From positions 6,398,202 through 6,462,201 of the forward strand of contig CM082588.2 of NCBI GenBank assembly GCA_040954595.2: a stretch of 64,000 nt of DNA. The letters run 5' to 3'. The notes beneath the pieces were generated by a model, which was given only the letters and a program-made list of their open reading frames with translations, was not told where the DNA came from and did no database searches. A program made the translations under genes and the position numbers. Positions 1 through 12,260 of the stretch are shown one piece after another. This DNA comes from Balanoglossus misakiensis (lineage: Eukaryota; Animalia; Hemichordata). Numbering within the stretch: position 1 is the first letter of the stretch; each line of letters opens with the position of its first letter.

Positions 1-111
1 ACTTCCTTCTATTATCTGTTTACTTTCCTTCGAATAAGGAAAGTAGAACAAGCCACTAACAAAGTTAATTCGGTTACTGATTATAGAAATGCAGTTTTCT
101 CATGCAGCAAA

Positions 112-142
112 ACCACCACCACCACCACCACCACCACCACCG

Positions 143-220
<78 letters not shown>

Positions 221-222
221 CA
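112..222. repeat. Compound trinucleotide microsatellite (ACC)n-(AAC)n in a BPHL-A intron
   Basis: Direct reading: an ACC run to ~141 followed by an AAC run to ~222. Confidence 0.97.
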
Positions 223-252
223 TTTAATATTTTGAAGAATAAAGATACAGAC

Positions 253-1041
253 CTAACGCCCCTGGCAGCAACAGAAGAGGATGGTCTCCATGTCCTGTCT
301 TCTTATAATGGATTTTAAAACCATTGACTTCTTGGTAATGTTCACTTACTTCAGAGCTATGAAAAGTGCAATAACAATGTTCTTGTCGTACCTTATTGCA
401 GCCAAGCTAATATTTTGTTCACAAAGCAACCCAGCTGAGCCTGGGCGATTTTCCGACTGTCAGTATGTCGAATTCGCCACACTGCAATCCCATTGTCCAA
501 ATTTATCGCGTTGTTATACCGGCGGCCACAAAGCCCTGAGTTTGTATGATTCAAGTCGGAACATAACCGAAATATGCCTATCCCTCAGATAGCCCTACAT
601 TTCGGTTTATTTTGCGCGTGTTTTATTTATCCACGACCCCTTATGCGAACTAGGGCAAGGTTCCAATTAATATTCGAGTGGCGACTGCTCTTTACAGTGT
701 GCACTATGGGCCGGCCATGAACTGGCGAATAATTGGCGTCTGTCAGCATGCAGGTGTGTCATCTTTCTCTGCTAACAAGACATAAAAGCACCGAGGTCGT
801 TAATAAAAAAAGACTTATACATGCAGCCTAGGCACCACCGTTGCCCACAAGTACAAGCGGAAACCTCGGGCTAGATACTGTATGTGCACACCACACAATG
901 TGCACACCAGCAATGTTACCTCGATCAGCAAAGAACAGTGCGATTACCTCATACTTCGATGCGTTGTAGATCGCAGTCTCCAAATAATAAACCCTAGTTT
1001 TCTCGTAGGTCGCTCAGCGCTGTCGTCCAGCCGGTCGCCAT
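253..1041 (-). CDS. BPHL: BPHL-like paralog A, 5' part only (exons 1-2; rest lies off the window); exon 1 frameshifted as assembled
   Basis: Exon 1 948-1041 and exon 2 253-356 (SEVSEHYQEVNGFKIHYKKTGHGDHPLLLLPGALG) with GT/AG ends, homologous to copies B-D. Exon 1 is 94 nt versus 95 nt in the other copies. Confidence 0.8.
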
Positions 1042-1289
1042 TTTATGGGTACACAGCCACAACACATGTGACACGACCGAGACACGACCTTTAGGGCGAC
1101 CCTTTCCAGAAAGGGGCGGGTGACACATCACCACAATCGATGCACTGGTATTTAGCTTTGTAGAGGATCAACCGTCTTTGCCAGGCAATGTCGTGCATAT
1201 AAATCAACCATACTTCCCAATTTGTCATCAGCGAAATCAATGCGAAACGGTATAGTCTTGTAGTTAAATTTTGCCAAGATAACCGTTCC

Positions 1290-1800
1290 GAAAACAAAAA
1301 TAAGAGTGTGACCTGGTGTGGAAATGAAAACTAATCAAATCCAAAGTCCCGTAGAAAGTTCCGTAGTTTGGACACAGGACGCGACGATACCGCGACAGTT
1401 CCGACGTCCAGTCCGAGTAAATCCACAGGTTGACTGCACGGCTTCCAGGCCAGTATAACATGAGACGGCACGGCTTCCAGACCAGTACAACGTGAGACGG
1501 CACAGCTTCTAGGCGCGAGTTCCAGACCAGTACATGTACAACATGAGACAGCACAGTTTCCAGACACGGCTTCCCAGACACGACTTCCCAGACACGACTT
1601 CCAAGCCGGTTAGAACAGAACACAACTCACAGGCCAGTTCAATTAGCAGCTGCCCCACAACGTGGCAACGTGCAGGCTTTCACACGAGAAAAAAATAATG
1701 AATTCATCACACCTGGTCACAATATTCAAATGAAGAAAGTAAACGAAAAACACACCTGGTCACGAAAAACAATAGAAAACTTATCCTACGTAACATGGTC
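1290..1800. mobile_element. Putative non-autonomous insertion with internal 32-bp and 14-bp tandem repeats
   Basis: Absent from the paralogous spacer: 1250-1270 matches ~5215-5235 and ~1817-1835 matches ~5281-5299. It contains gcacggcttccag(g/a)ccagta(t/c)aac(a/g)tgagacg units, cacg(a/g)cttcccaga units, and gtgacctggtgtg (~1308) inverted to cacacctggtcac (~1708, ~1751). Boundaries approximate. Confidence 0.45.
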
Positions 1801-2337
1801 AATGATCACGTTCTCACGACTGCCCAGAACCCCATTATATTTAGCGATGCAGTTAACGTTAAATTGTAATATTCAATGAACTTTTGTAATTAGTGATATA
1901 TTACTGATTAAGTTACTGCACAAAACAGGATGAAGCACGCACTTAGTATGCATCTAATAAGTACGAGACATGTTTGTGAAACCCTCGCAAAATGATGCAA
2001 CGATGCAACACACAGTAGTAAGCCCACAACAGTATGGGTTAAGAGAAATGGAAGAGTATCATGAAAATTTATTGCCAATGGATAAAATTTTCAATATATT
2101 TTCTTTCACAACAGGGGAGCAATTTCAGTTCCCGGTGCCATGACTGTTTACACTCGGTGTTCATTTATGTGAATATGGTGAACTGCGATACCCTGAAGAG
2201 GTAGATACTGCCACCATCCGTGTAGACATTCAATGATTAAAACATATATTTCTGGTGAACTGTCACATGCCATGTATCAGATATAGAGTAACATGTCGAG
2301 AAAATTGGACATAAACAGTTGCAAGGCCTGCAGCTTC

Positions 2338-4967
2338 TTACACCATCGAATCTTTAATTAAGAATTCTTCAACTAATTTGTTGAATTTGTCTGGAAAGCG
2401 AAGGTGAAGATTGTGTGTTCCATCTGGCCAAGTGACCAATCTGTAAACAGAAATTTCAAGATATAATGTATAGTAAAAAGTGCATAGCTTATGTGTGTTA
2501 TATTTCTTAATGCATTTTATCGACATTTTGAAAGTGGCAATATTATTGTAGGGCCAAGAGAAAACCTATTTAAAACTTATTTATTGAAATGAAATAAAAT
2601 TTTCTTGTTGATTGATTTTCAAACCAAATTACCTGAACTTCTTCAGCAGTATGTTTTGAAAATAATTTCGGGAAAACTATGATAAAAATTTGCAATATGG
2701 TGACAATATTGCAAAACTGGGCAAATCACACATGTATTCCATACTCACTTGGATCCTTTGATGTTAGCAAGAAGGAAGTCGGGATGACACTGGGGGAGAA
2801 AGTGGTCCTTCTGGCCGTGTATGATGAGAGTTGGACATTCAATTTTGTCAAGTGCATCTCTACAGATGTCACCATCATATTCTGTAAGGTATTCTGAGAA
2901 TGCATCCAATGCACCTTCCTTGAGTTGCTCAAAGCAGTCCCCATACTGAGCAATCATTGCTTCCAGCAAATCTCTACTCCAAGTGGTGGTATCTCGCATT
3001 CCTGAAAGATTTAGTTATTCAGAATATCACTGTATAACATAATTAGAGGCGTGTATTAAACAATACATTTAGATCTAATTTGAGACGTACCCCCTGGCAC
3101 ATGTGAATTTTTCCACGCTTGTTTAAGATAAGCGAATCACAAGTTTGATGAGAATAAGATTATTGTAACAACTGCATTGGCCGAATCTAGTCTAATGATA
3201 ATGAATGCTATATGAACATAGTCACCAAGCATATACAGAAGCTACAGTTGAGTATCAATTAACATTAAGCTGATAGCCTGTACATTGTGACAACATTTCA
3301 CTTTTTGATAAATGCGTTTCTTAATAACTTCTGGTCGATAACTGATATCTCCCTGACCGAATACATAGGCCCACGACGTTCTCACCGTCAAAGACCCGCA
3401 CGTCATCTTCAGTGATATAGGCACTTGTTCCCCACACAACTATTCTCTTGATAAGAGATGTGTGCTTTGCCGCTATTATCATTGCCATCATTCCACCAAC
3501 ACTCCACCCAAGCAGAGAGTATTGGTTGAAGCCCAGTGCCTGGAAAGAAATTTCACTTGGCAGTCAATATGAACTTGTCAGTGTTGAACAGGTTACTGTG
3601 TCATAGTATGTTGAGCATAAGAGCATCGTTTGGTAAGTCTAGACAATGAGCATTAATTGTTCCAGATGGTCACCAGATATCAATAAAATTCACATTGATG
3701 AACTGACCATGGAAGAATGCAATCAAACTCTGCAATTCAGAAAACTAGCTGCTCCTTGAGTGTAATGAGAATGTGTTGCACTGTGAATTCCCTCATACTC
3801 CATAACAGTGAAGCAGTGTATACAATCCCATCTGGAGGAAGATGGGGGAATTTTCAAAAGGATCCCTCAGACCCTTCTGCGAACCACGAACATCTGCATA
3901 TTACTTCTACTGGTTATCATTTGCACGTAATATTACTTTGCCATAATATTTCAATACATCTTACTTTCATCAGCTCTGTTGCGTCGACTGCATCTCTGTG
4001 AAGGTATTTCTTTGGAAAGTCTCTCTCAGGAGGCCTGGACTTTCCATAACCTCGTGGATCAAACGCTATAGTTGTAAACTTATCACGGTTAAGCCCCTTC
4101 AACTGTGGACTGAAATCAGTCTCTCCACAGCCTTCACGAAATATAATATACATCCAAATGAGGAGAGTTATTGTTGGGTTTATCTCCTCGACATAAATGT
4201 AAAGAGAGATGTGTCTGAATATAAACAGTACTGCACATACTAGGCAAAATAAATAAAAATTCTATGCCACTGAGGCATCCTGAAGATTTCATATGACAAG
4301 AACCAAGAAGATGTATTTTTACATTCCAAAACTTGTAATTGATTACAAAAATGCACCCATTTTTTAAAGCAAATTTCACTTGCGAGATTTCTCTTCTTTG
4401 AACTCCAAAGAACTATAATCATACAGTGCCCAGGAAAGTAGAACTGATGATGGGTTTTAATTCATGATTGCAGTTTCCCTCATGCTGTAAAACCGGCAGA
4501 AATGGAGATATTATTTTAACATTTCGACAAATGAAGGCACAGACCTAAGGCCCCTGGCAGCAACAGAAGAGGATGATCTCCATGTCCTGTCTTCTTGTAG
4601 TGGATATTAACACCATTGACCTCTTGGTAGTGTCCACTTACTTCAGAACAGTTGAGACTGAAATAAAATGAATGAACCTTAGCATGCTTAGAGTATGCCA
4701 TGCATGTGCCCGAAGGGCAACCTTGGTAAACCTCAGATAAATATCCACTTAAATACTTTAAGGACGTGCACACTGTAGCCTACAGTGATGGTGAAACATC
4801 GGGCTACATACTGTATGAGGAACTCGCGTCCCCCCCCCAATTTTAAGGCAATCTACACTGACTTGTAATTACCTCATAGTTCGACTCGTTGCAGATCGCA
4901 GCCTCCAAATAAGAAACCTTAATCGCCTCGTATGTCGGCTCAGCGCTGTCGTCCAACCGGCCGCCAT
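2338..4967 (-). CDS. BPHL: BPHL-like alpha/beta hydrolase paralog B (6 exons)
   Basis: Exons 4873-4967, 4545-4657, 3965-4131, 3386-3539, 2749-3001, 2338-2440. Motifs LLLPGALG, DPRGYGKSRPP, GWSVGG, HGQKD, GTHNLHLRF. Arg-rich N-terminal presequence MAAGWTTALSRHTRRLRFLIWRLRSATSRT. Confidence 0.9.
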
Positions 4968-5722
4968 TGTATGGCTACACACTGTACAGTACTACGATCG
5001 ACAAAGCTAAACATAGATGACACGACGGGACGTCGACCTTGACACTCCTCAGGGTGACCTTTTCCAGTTAGGGGCGGTTGGCAAGTTTCCACAACGGAAT
5101 GTATTAGTATTTAGCACTTCTATAAGATCAGCAGTCTTTGTCAGACGATGTCATACCAATAAATCAAACGTGCATACTTCCCAAACCGGCATAAGCATAT
5201 GAATCAGCGAAACAGTATAGTCTTGTAGTTAAATTATTTTCGTGATAAATGAAGGATAAAATCCAAGATCACTTTCTCGACGACGACCCATAACCCCATT
5301 GCATTTAGTGATGGAATTAACTTTAAATTTTCTTCATTAATGAACTTTTGTAATTAGTGACATGCACAAAACCGGATGAAACATGTACTTCATGTACATC
5401 CTCAAATATGAGATATGCATAAAAAAACTGTCCCAAAATGGTGTACCATGTATATACACATGGTTACAAGCGCATAATAGTATTGCATTAAGAGAAATGG
5501 AACAGTATAGTGAACATTAATTACTAATAGATAGACTTTTCAATATAGTTTCTTTTCGCAACAGGCCAGCATATTCGGTTCATATCCAGTGGAAAGACCA
5601 TGAACATTTCCACTCGGTGTTCAGATGGTCGACTGTGATACCTTGAAGATAAAGACGCCGGCATCATTCATGTACACAGTCAATTTTTTTTAAAAAAGTG
5701 ATTAAATATTTCTGGTGAATTG

Positions 5723-8700
5723 TCACATAAATCGTGTTGCATCATGCCCGCCGCTCTTTACATCCAGTCCCTGTGTTAAAAATTCTTCAACTAATTTGTT
5801 GAATTTCTCTGGGAAGCGGAGATGGAGATTGTGCTTGCCTTCTGGCCAATTCACCAATCTGTAAACAAACACAAAATTTCAATTTCATTTGCTAATAACA
5901 TACAATTTTATCAACATCTTAAGTAAAGTTGTCACTTGCATTTAATGGATTTGGCACCAACAAAAATCTTGTTTGTGGAAATGAAACTTCCCTTGATGGA
6001 ATTCCAAATTATATAACCCATCAAAATTAGGCATAACAAACTATTATTTCGTACTCACTTAGATCCTTTTATGTTAGCAAGAAGAAAGTCAACGTGACCC
6101 TGGGTGATCAAGACATCCTTCTGTCCATGAATGATAAGAGTTGGACATTCAATTTTGTGGAGTGCACCTTTACAGATATCACCATCATTTACGGTGAGAT
6201 ATACTGAATATGCATCTATTGTGCGTTCCCAGAGTTTTTGTAAGTATTTTTCGCCATACTGAGCGATCATAGGTGCCCTCAAACCTTCGCTCCATGTGGC
6301 GATATCTCGCATGGCTGAAAAATGACAGATATACGGAATGTTAACATATAACCCCTAATCAAGGCATGCATAGCACTATAAGGCAAAATCTATAGCATTT
6401 GAATAATTTCTACATGACACCTGCTTAGGTGCAGGTTGCAAGGCCAATCGCTTTCCACTAAGTTCCAATGCCCAAAGCAACTTTCATGTATAGTTTTTGT
6501 ATATCCTCTACTGTGTATGGTTAATAACACAAAACGTCTAGAATGCCCCCACCTTCATACATGCGCAGGTCATCTTGGGTGTTATAAGCACTTGCTCCCC
6601 ATAAAACCATTTTATGAATTGCCGATGGATTATTTGCTGCCATTATTAATGCTGCTGTACCGCCGCCACACCAACCAAGTATGGAGTATTTTCTGAATCC
6701 TAGCGCCTGAGAAGAGAGGCATTGGAAACTCAGTATGAAGTTATCAGTGTTGCTCTGACTTTGCATGCACTGTGTATAGCATTGTCCATATGTTGTGAGA
6801 TTTATAACATAAGTATTACATGTTTAACTCAAAACTATTTTGTAACAGTGAGTGTAACTCGCAAATGTTGCCTTTTTTCCAACCTACACACTTTCACACA
6901 ATTTAAATGTATACCTTCATAAGCTCTGCTGCGTCATCTGCATCTCTTTGAATGTATTTCTTTGGAAAGTCTCTCTCAGGAGGCCTGGACTTTCCATAAC
7001 CTCGTGGATCAAATGCTATAGTTGTAAACTTTTCACGGTTAAGTCCCTTCAACTGTGGACTGAAGTCAGTCTCTCCCGAGCCTACTCGGAAACAATGCAG
7101 TCGAAAATGTGATGATTAGTACTTTGCAGGCCTCATCATTTTGGAACCAGGGGTATTTCAATTAATAAATACATGAATGTTGTTCGCATGTACGAATGCT
7201 GTCAAATTTACAATACACCATGTACACCAGAACGCTGCATGGTGTTCAACTGATTTATGGACAGCATTGTGTATGGACACAGACAGTGGCAACATTGCAC
7301 TGCCCTTGAACAATGCAACGCACCTTCCAGATTCTGATCTATCAAGAGCATGGGTATCAAAAAGATAAGAAAACACAGACACTGTGACTTGTTAAGTGTC
7401 CACTTGATTCCATACATTTATATCGAAGGAAAATCTGGGAAAGAAACAATGCTGGTCTACATACCCTTCTATGCTGGTATGAGCCAATTCCGAGATTTCA
7501 TGTAACATAAACCAGCAAAAGGTAAGTTCTTGTATTTTGTATGATTTAACCGCTTGCAAATAATAACTGTATGCATTGCCTACAAAATTTTTACTGTAAT
7601 TTACTTGGTAAGATTTTTCTTTCCAATGAACCACAGCAAACGAATTGTAATCATAGAACACTAGATGTTATTCACCACTTTGCAAGGAAAATAGAGAATG
7701 GTGAAATAACTGAACTGATCGTGAGTCCAATCAAGGTAGTTTTCGTATGCAGTATACAACAAAAGTCTACGTTTATTTATGTAAAAAATTTGATAAAGAT
7801 ACAGACCTAACGCACCAGGAAACAACAAAAGAGGATGGTCTCCATATCCTGTCTTCTTATAATGGATTTTAACCCCATTGACTTCTTGGTAGTGCTCACT
7901 CACTCCAGAACTGCTGAGACTAAATTATAATGTATTCTTGTCAAACCTTATCACATGTTATAACGATTTTTTTATAATTTTAATTCTTAGTCAGTGCATC
8001 CATAATTAAATTTAATGCATTAAAAACAGAATTGCACTTTATTTACAATTTCAATTTCACTTAAATCCCCAATAGCGGCAACTTCTAACATATTTTAAAT
8101 CGTTAACATATTTCATTCTTCTCCTTATACCAAGTCGACACAGTTTATAATACCACAGACTAATACCCATCCCCACATACCATAGTAGTCATGCACTTTT
8201 GCAATGAGTGGTTGAATGAACAGTTGCAGCTCCCATTTGTTATTTGACTTGAACACACATATATTTTGATATACAGTCACAAGCTGGTAATATGTTTTTA
8301 TATACCTATTAGCTGATTGAAATGGACCATTCCAAGTTTGAATGTAGCCTTGGTGTTCTGGGTCATGCGGCTTGCGTGATGCCCTGCAAAGCATGCATTA
8401 TCCTTGACCAATGCTGATGAACTGTATCACCAGGCTTTGTAAAAGTACTTTAACCATACGAGGTCATTTACGTTTATAGTATACAATATGTAGTACAATT
8501 TACATGTAAATCTTTCGCGTAGCTATTATAAGCACAGCTACGTTATCCCCTAGCTATACTGTAGCTCAAGGTTTTGCCTGGTATATTATGTGTACGGCAA
8601 AACTGGCCGCCCGTACACAATATACCAGGCAAAACCTCGAGCTACGGTACTGCAGCTATGTTATCCTCGTCTTATGACAGTCAACACTGGACGGTAATTA

Positions 8701-8796
8701 CCTCATAAATCGATACACTGTGGATTGCAGCCTCCAAATTTGACATCCCAAGTTTCTCGTAGACCGGCTCATCGCAGTTGTACACACGGTCGCCAT
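5723..8796 (-). CDS. BPHL: BPHL-like paralog C with Cys at the nucleophile position (6 exons)
   Basis: Exons 8702-8796, 7807-7910, 6915-7081, 6553-6706, 6059-6314, 5723-5858. Elbow GWCGGG; HGQKD and GKHNLHLRF retained; C-terminus extended (...EEFLTQGLDVKSGGHDATRFM*). Confidence 0.9.
8557..8649. repeat. Imperfect inverted repeat (hairpin) in intron 1 of BPHL-C
   Basis: tactgtagctcaaggttttgcctggtatatt pairs with aatataccaggcaaaacctcgagctacggta; flanked by direct repeats cagcta(c/t)gttatcc at ~8535 and ~8653. Confidence 0.75.
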
Positions 8797-9662
8797 TATC
8801 TGGTTATATAAACAAGTATATGTACTTCGATCAATGTCAACATAGCCGCAACATGTGACTTGGACAAGCCGATCCTCCTTGGGGTGACCTCGTATAGTGT
8901 CATGGGGTTACCACACTTGAATGCATTGGTGACCTCATTCTGAGGAGGCAAATTGTTTGTGTAGGCCTGTGGGCCTATGTCGGTTCTTTAAGCCAACATT
9001 GCTTCGATTTTTTGCATTATTATTTTTTTTTTTTTGGGGGGGGGGGGGTACTTGATGAGACATGAAATTGACAGTATACATCCATTACATGTATACACGT
9101 CACAAAAACGTAACAAATGACAACCCTGACAAGTTACATATATTGAAACTTTTTTATTGCAATTTAAGTCGACTTTGATAAACTTTTAAAGTCATCAAAG
9201 TGTTGTTTTCACTATAAACGAACACAAATTGTATTTAAAAAATGATGTTGACAACTCACATCACATAGGGGTGTTCAAGAAGGGAAGTCAAAACAAAATA
9301 CAGAGGGAAAAAGGGTTTCAATAGTTTTCCTTGATTTTTCCAGACTGATTTTCTGGAGACATAGCATCCCCCTACTCTCATCCCCAAGTTTTAATTATTC
9401 TTTGCTGGGTGAATTAACAAGCGTAGGCCAGGAAAGTTGTATTCATGTTGGAAAATTGTTATTACGTCAAAATTACTTTCCAGCTATATTTGCACATATC
9501 CCTCGAACCAAAATAATTTTTTCTTATCCCCCCAAAAAAACCCAAAACAAAACAACAACAACCCAACAACTGTGTTTCCTGTCACGGTAACCCAACCTAC
9601 CCTGTTCAACACATATTACATATGACCCTAAACTTTTTTCTTCTCTCCTTGAATATATCCAA

Positions 9663-9918
9663 TCATGATAAGAAGTCTTCGACTAAACTGTTGAATTCGT
9701 CTGCATACCGAAGGTGAAGATTGTGTTTGCCATTTGGCCAGTTGATCAATCTGTCAATAGACGAAAAGGACGATCAAATGTACACAGAAAGGTAAGTTAA
9801 TACAATATCTGCTGTCAGGACAATTGCCCAAAAACGTACATAATGCAGTCAACATTCTTTCCCCATCAGTTGGCAGTAGCTACACTTAATACCTGATGTT
9901 ACTTTAAGTTAGTATGTG

Positions 9919-9951
<33 letters not shown>

Positions 9952-12260
9952 GCATGCATGTACATACATAATTATATACTTTTTAAGCCTATGTATAGGA
10001 AATTGATGCTAATAAACTCCTACTCAATATAAACAGACACTGTACTCACTTAGATCCTTTGATATTTGCAAGAAGATAGTTGGGATGAAACTGAGGAACT
10101 AAGGCATCTTTCTGACCATGTACGATCAGCGTTGGACATTCAATTTTGTGGACTGCCCCTTTGCATATGTCACCCTCATAGTCGGTTAAATACCGCGTGA
10201 TTCCATCAATCCAAGCTTCCCATGTCTTCTGGAAGTATTCTTCCCCATATAGAGCGATCATGGGGGCTCTCATTCGTTCACTCCAACTGGCAATATCGCG
10301 GGTTGCTGAAAGAATAACCATTCAATGACATAGTTAATTTCATGTCAATGCCTTTATGACGTTATAATAATACATGAAATATCAATACAGGAAAATTTAC
10401 CTATACTAACCCTTAGGCATTGACTGTCATTTACATTAGCCATTCATTATGCCTGGTCTCAAAACACTACCTTTAGAAAATTAGCCATCTTCATTTATCG
10501 GGTGATGCACTAGAAATCGTTGACGACCTCTGACCCATAACATTACTAGCTGACCTATGACCTTTGACCTGGACAATCTCACCTTCATACAGCTCCACAT
10601 CTGCTTTAGTTACATAGGCATTTCCTCCCCATACAACCATTCTATGAATCTGTGCTGGATACTTGGTTGCCATTAACAATGCCGTTATACCGCCATCACT
10701 CCAGCCAAGCAGGGAGTACTTATGGAATCCGAGTGTCTGGTAAAATAAAACAATAACTAAATGAAGCTGTCTGTAAATTTATTCCAAGGCAAAACCATTG
10801 ATTGATTTAAAGTTAACATCCAAATGCACATGCATTTCAGGAAACAGGGTCACAAATTGGTGGATATCAATATGACACGGTCTACATAACCATATACCTG
10901 GATATAAAGTGGCAACTTACTTTCATAAGTTCAGCCGCATCACTCGCATCTCTGTCAAAGAACTTCTTTGGAAAGTCTCTATCAGGTGGCCTGGACTTGC
11001 CATAACCACGTGGATCCCATGCTATAGTTGTAAACTTTTCACGGTTAAGCCCCTTCAACTGAGGACTAAAGTCAGTTTCTCCTGAACCTATATATAAATG
11101 CAGCAAATTATTCATAAAATGTCATATCTTATTAAATAAGTCTGGGATATAGACCAGGGATGTTTGTAATTCTCAAGAACAGGTACTGGTATGTTGTACC
11201 TGTTACCTGTTGATCAAAGGCATAGTTACTTGTCATTTTTCACAAAATTAGCCTCATAACTTTTACTACATTTTCCATGCGCAGACAAGGGAAAATTACG
11301 CCCACTTGGGAAAAATACGAAAATGATAAAAATGTACCAAATTTTGACAACGAAAAATGTGGCATTCAAAAGGTTGATGTAAGCACTTCTAGAATAATAC
11401 TTCTGTTAAATTTGGACATTTATAAGTCCCTAAAAACAACATGAAGATACTGACCTAAAGCCCCTGGCATTAACAGAAGAGGATGATCTCCATTTCCTGT
11501 CTTCTTATAATAGAGATCAACACCATTGACTTCTTGGTAGTGTTCACTTACTCCAGAACTGTTGAGTATTGATACTAATTTTTTTCAAAATGTCGGTGAA
11601 ACTTTTCGAGGGGTTATATTACTTTACTGAGTAAGTTTTAACCTTTCCACCTGCTTCTTATTTTGATTACTTACATCTACTTACATCTTCTGTTATTAAT
11701 TGAAAAATCGCTGAATTACATAATGTATGAACATATGTTGTATATGATGTTCCGTTGTACATACGCTATATGCTATAGCCAGCTGTTGCGCAGTGTTGTG
11801 GTGGCGGTTTTCGTAACGTTATATCACGCCACTCCACTCAACAAGTATTCTTTTGATCATGGGGGTGTTAGGTACTAGCTACCTAATGGCTGTGTGCTTT
11901 GATGAAACAATGAAATCTCAATTAAAGACCAAGGCCGCCGGTTTTGCTAGAGCCAGTAAACAATAATAGCAGTCGGTCTACGCGGGCACCGGGTACAGGA
12001 CTGCGTGCTCCCGGCCTTGCACGCCGTGTAACACCGGAAGCACGCAAACATGTACGCTGGGCTGCCTCTGTGGCTGCAGGATATCAGGGAACTTGTCCGG
12101 GTACACACAGAATTACCTTGACCCAGATGTAGCGTAACATTGCGATAATAAGTTTGGTTGCTTACCACAATGTTCTGGACGTTGCAGATTGCAGTCTCTT
12201 CAGAAGAAGGCCCAACTTTCTGGGAGATCGGCTCACGCCGGCCACCCAACTGGCCGCCAT
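9663..12260 (-). CDS. BPHL: Valacyclovir hydrolase BPHL, most ancestral-like copy D (6 exons)
   Basis: Exons 12166-12260, 11455-11558, 10921-11087, 10583-10736, 10050-10305, 9663-9750. Canonical GWSDGG, WDPRGYGKSRPPDRDFP, HGQKD, and C-terminal GKHNLHLRYADEFNSLVEDFLS, which closely resembles the vertebrate BPHL C-terminus as recalled. Confidence 0.93.
9921..9970. repeat. Short (TACA)n microsatellite, intronic
   Basis: tacatacatacatacataca... read directly. Confidence 0.85.

Noticed and set aside
1436-1605. 32-bp repeats as a CRISPR array
   Set aside because: Units are head-to-tail with no unique spacers, there are no cas genes, and the context is eukaryotic.
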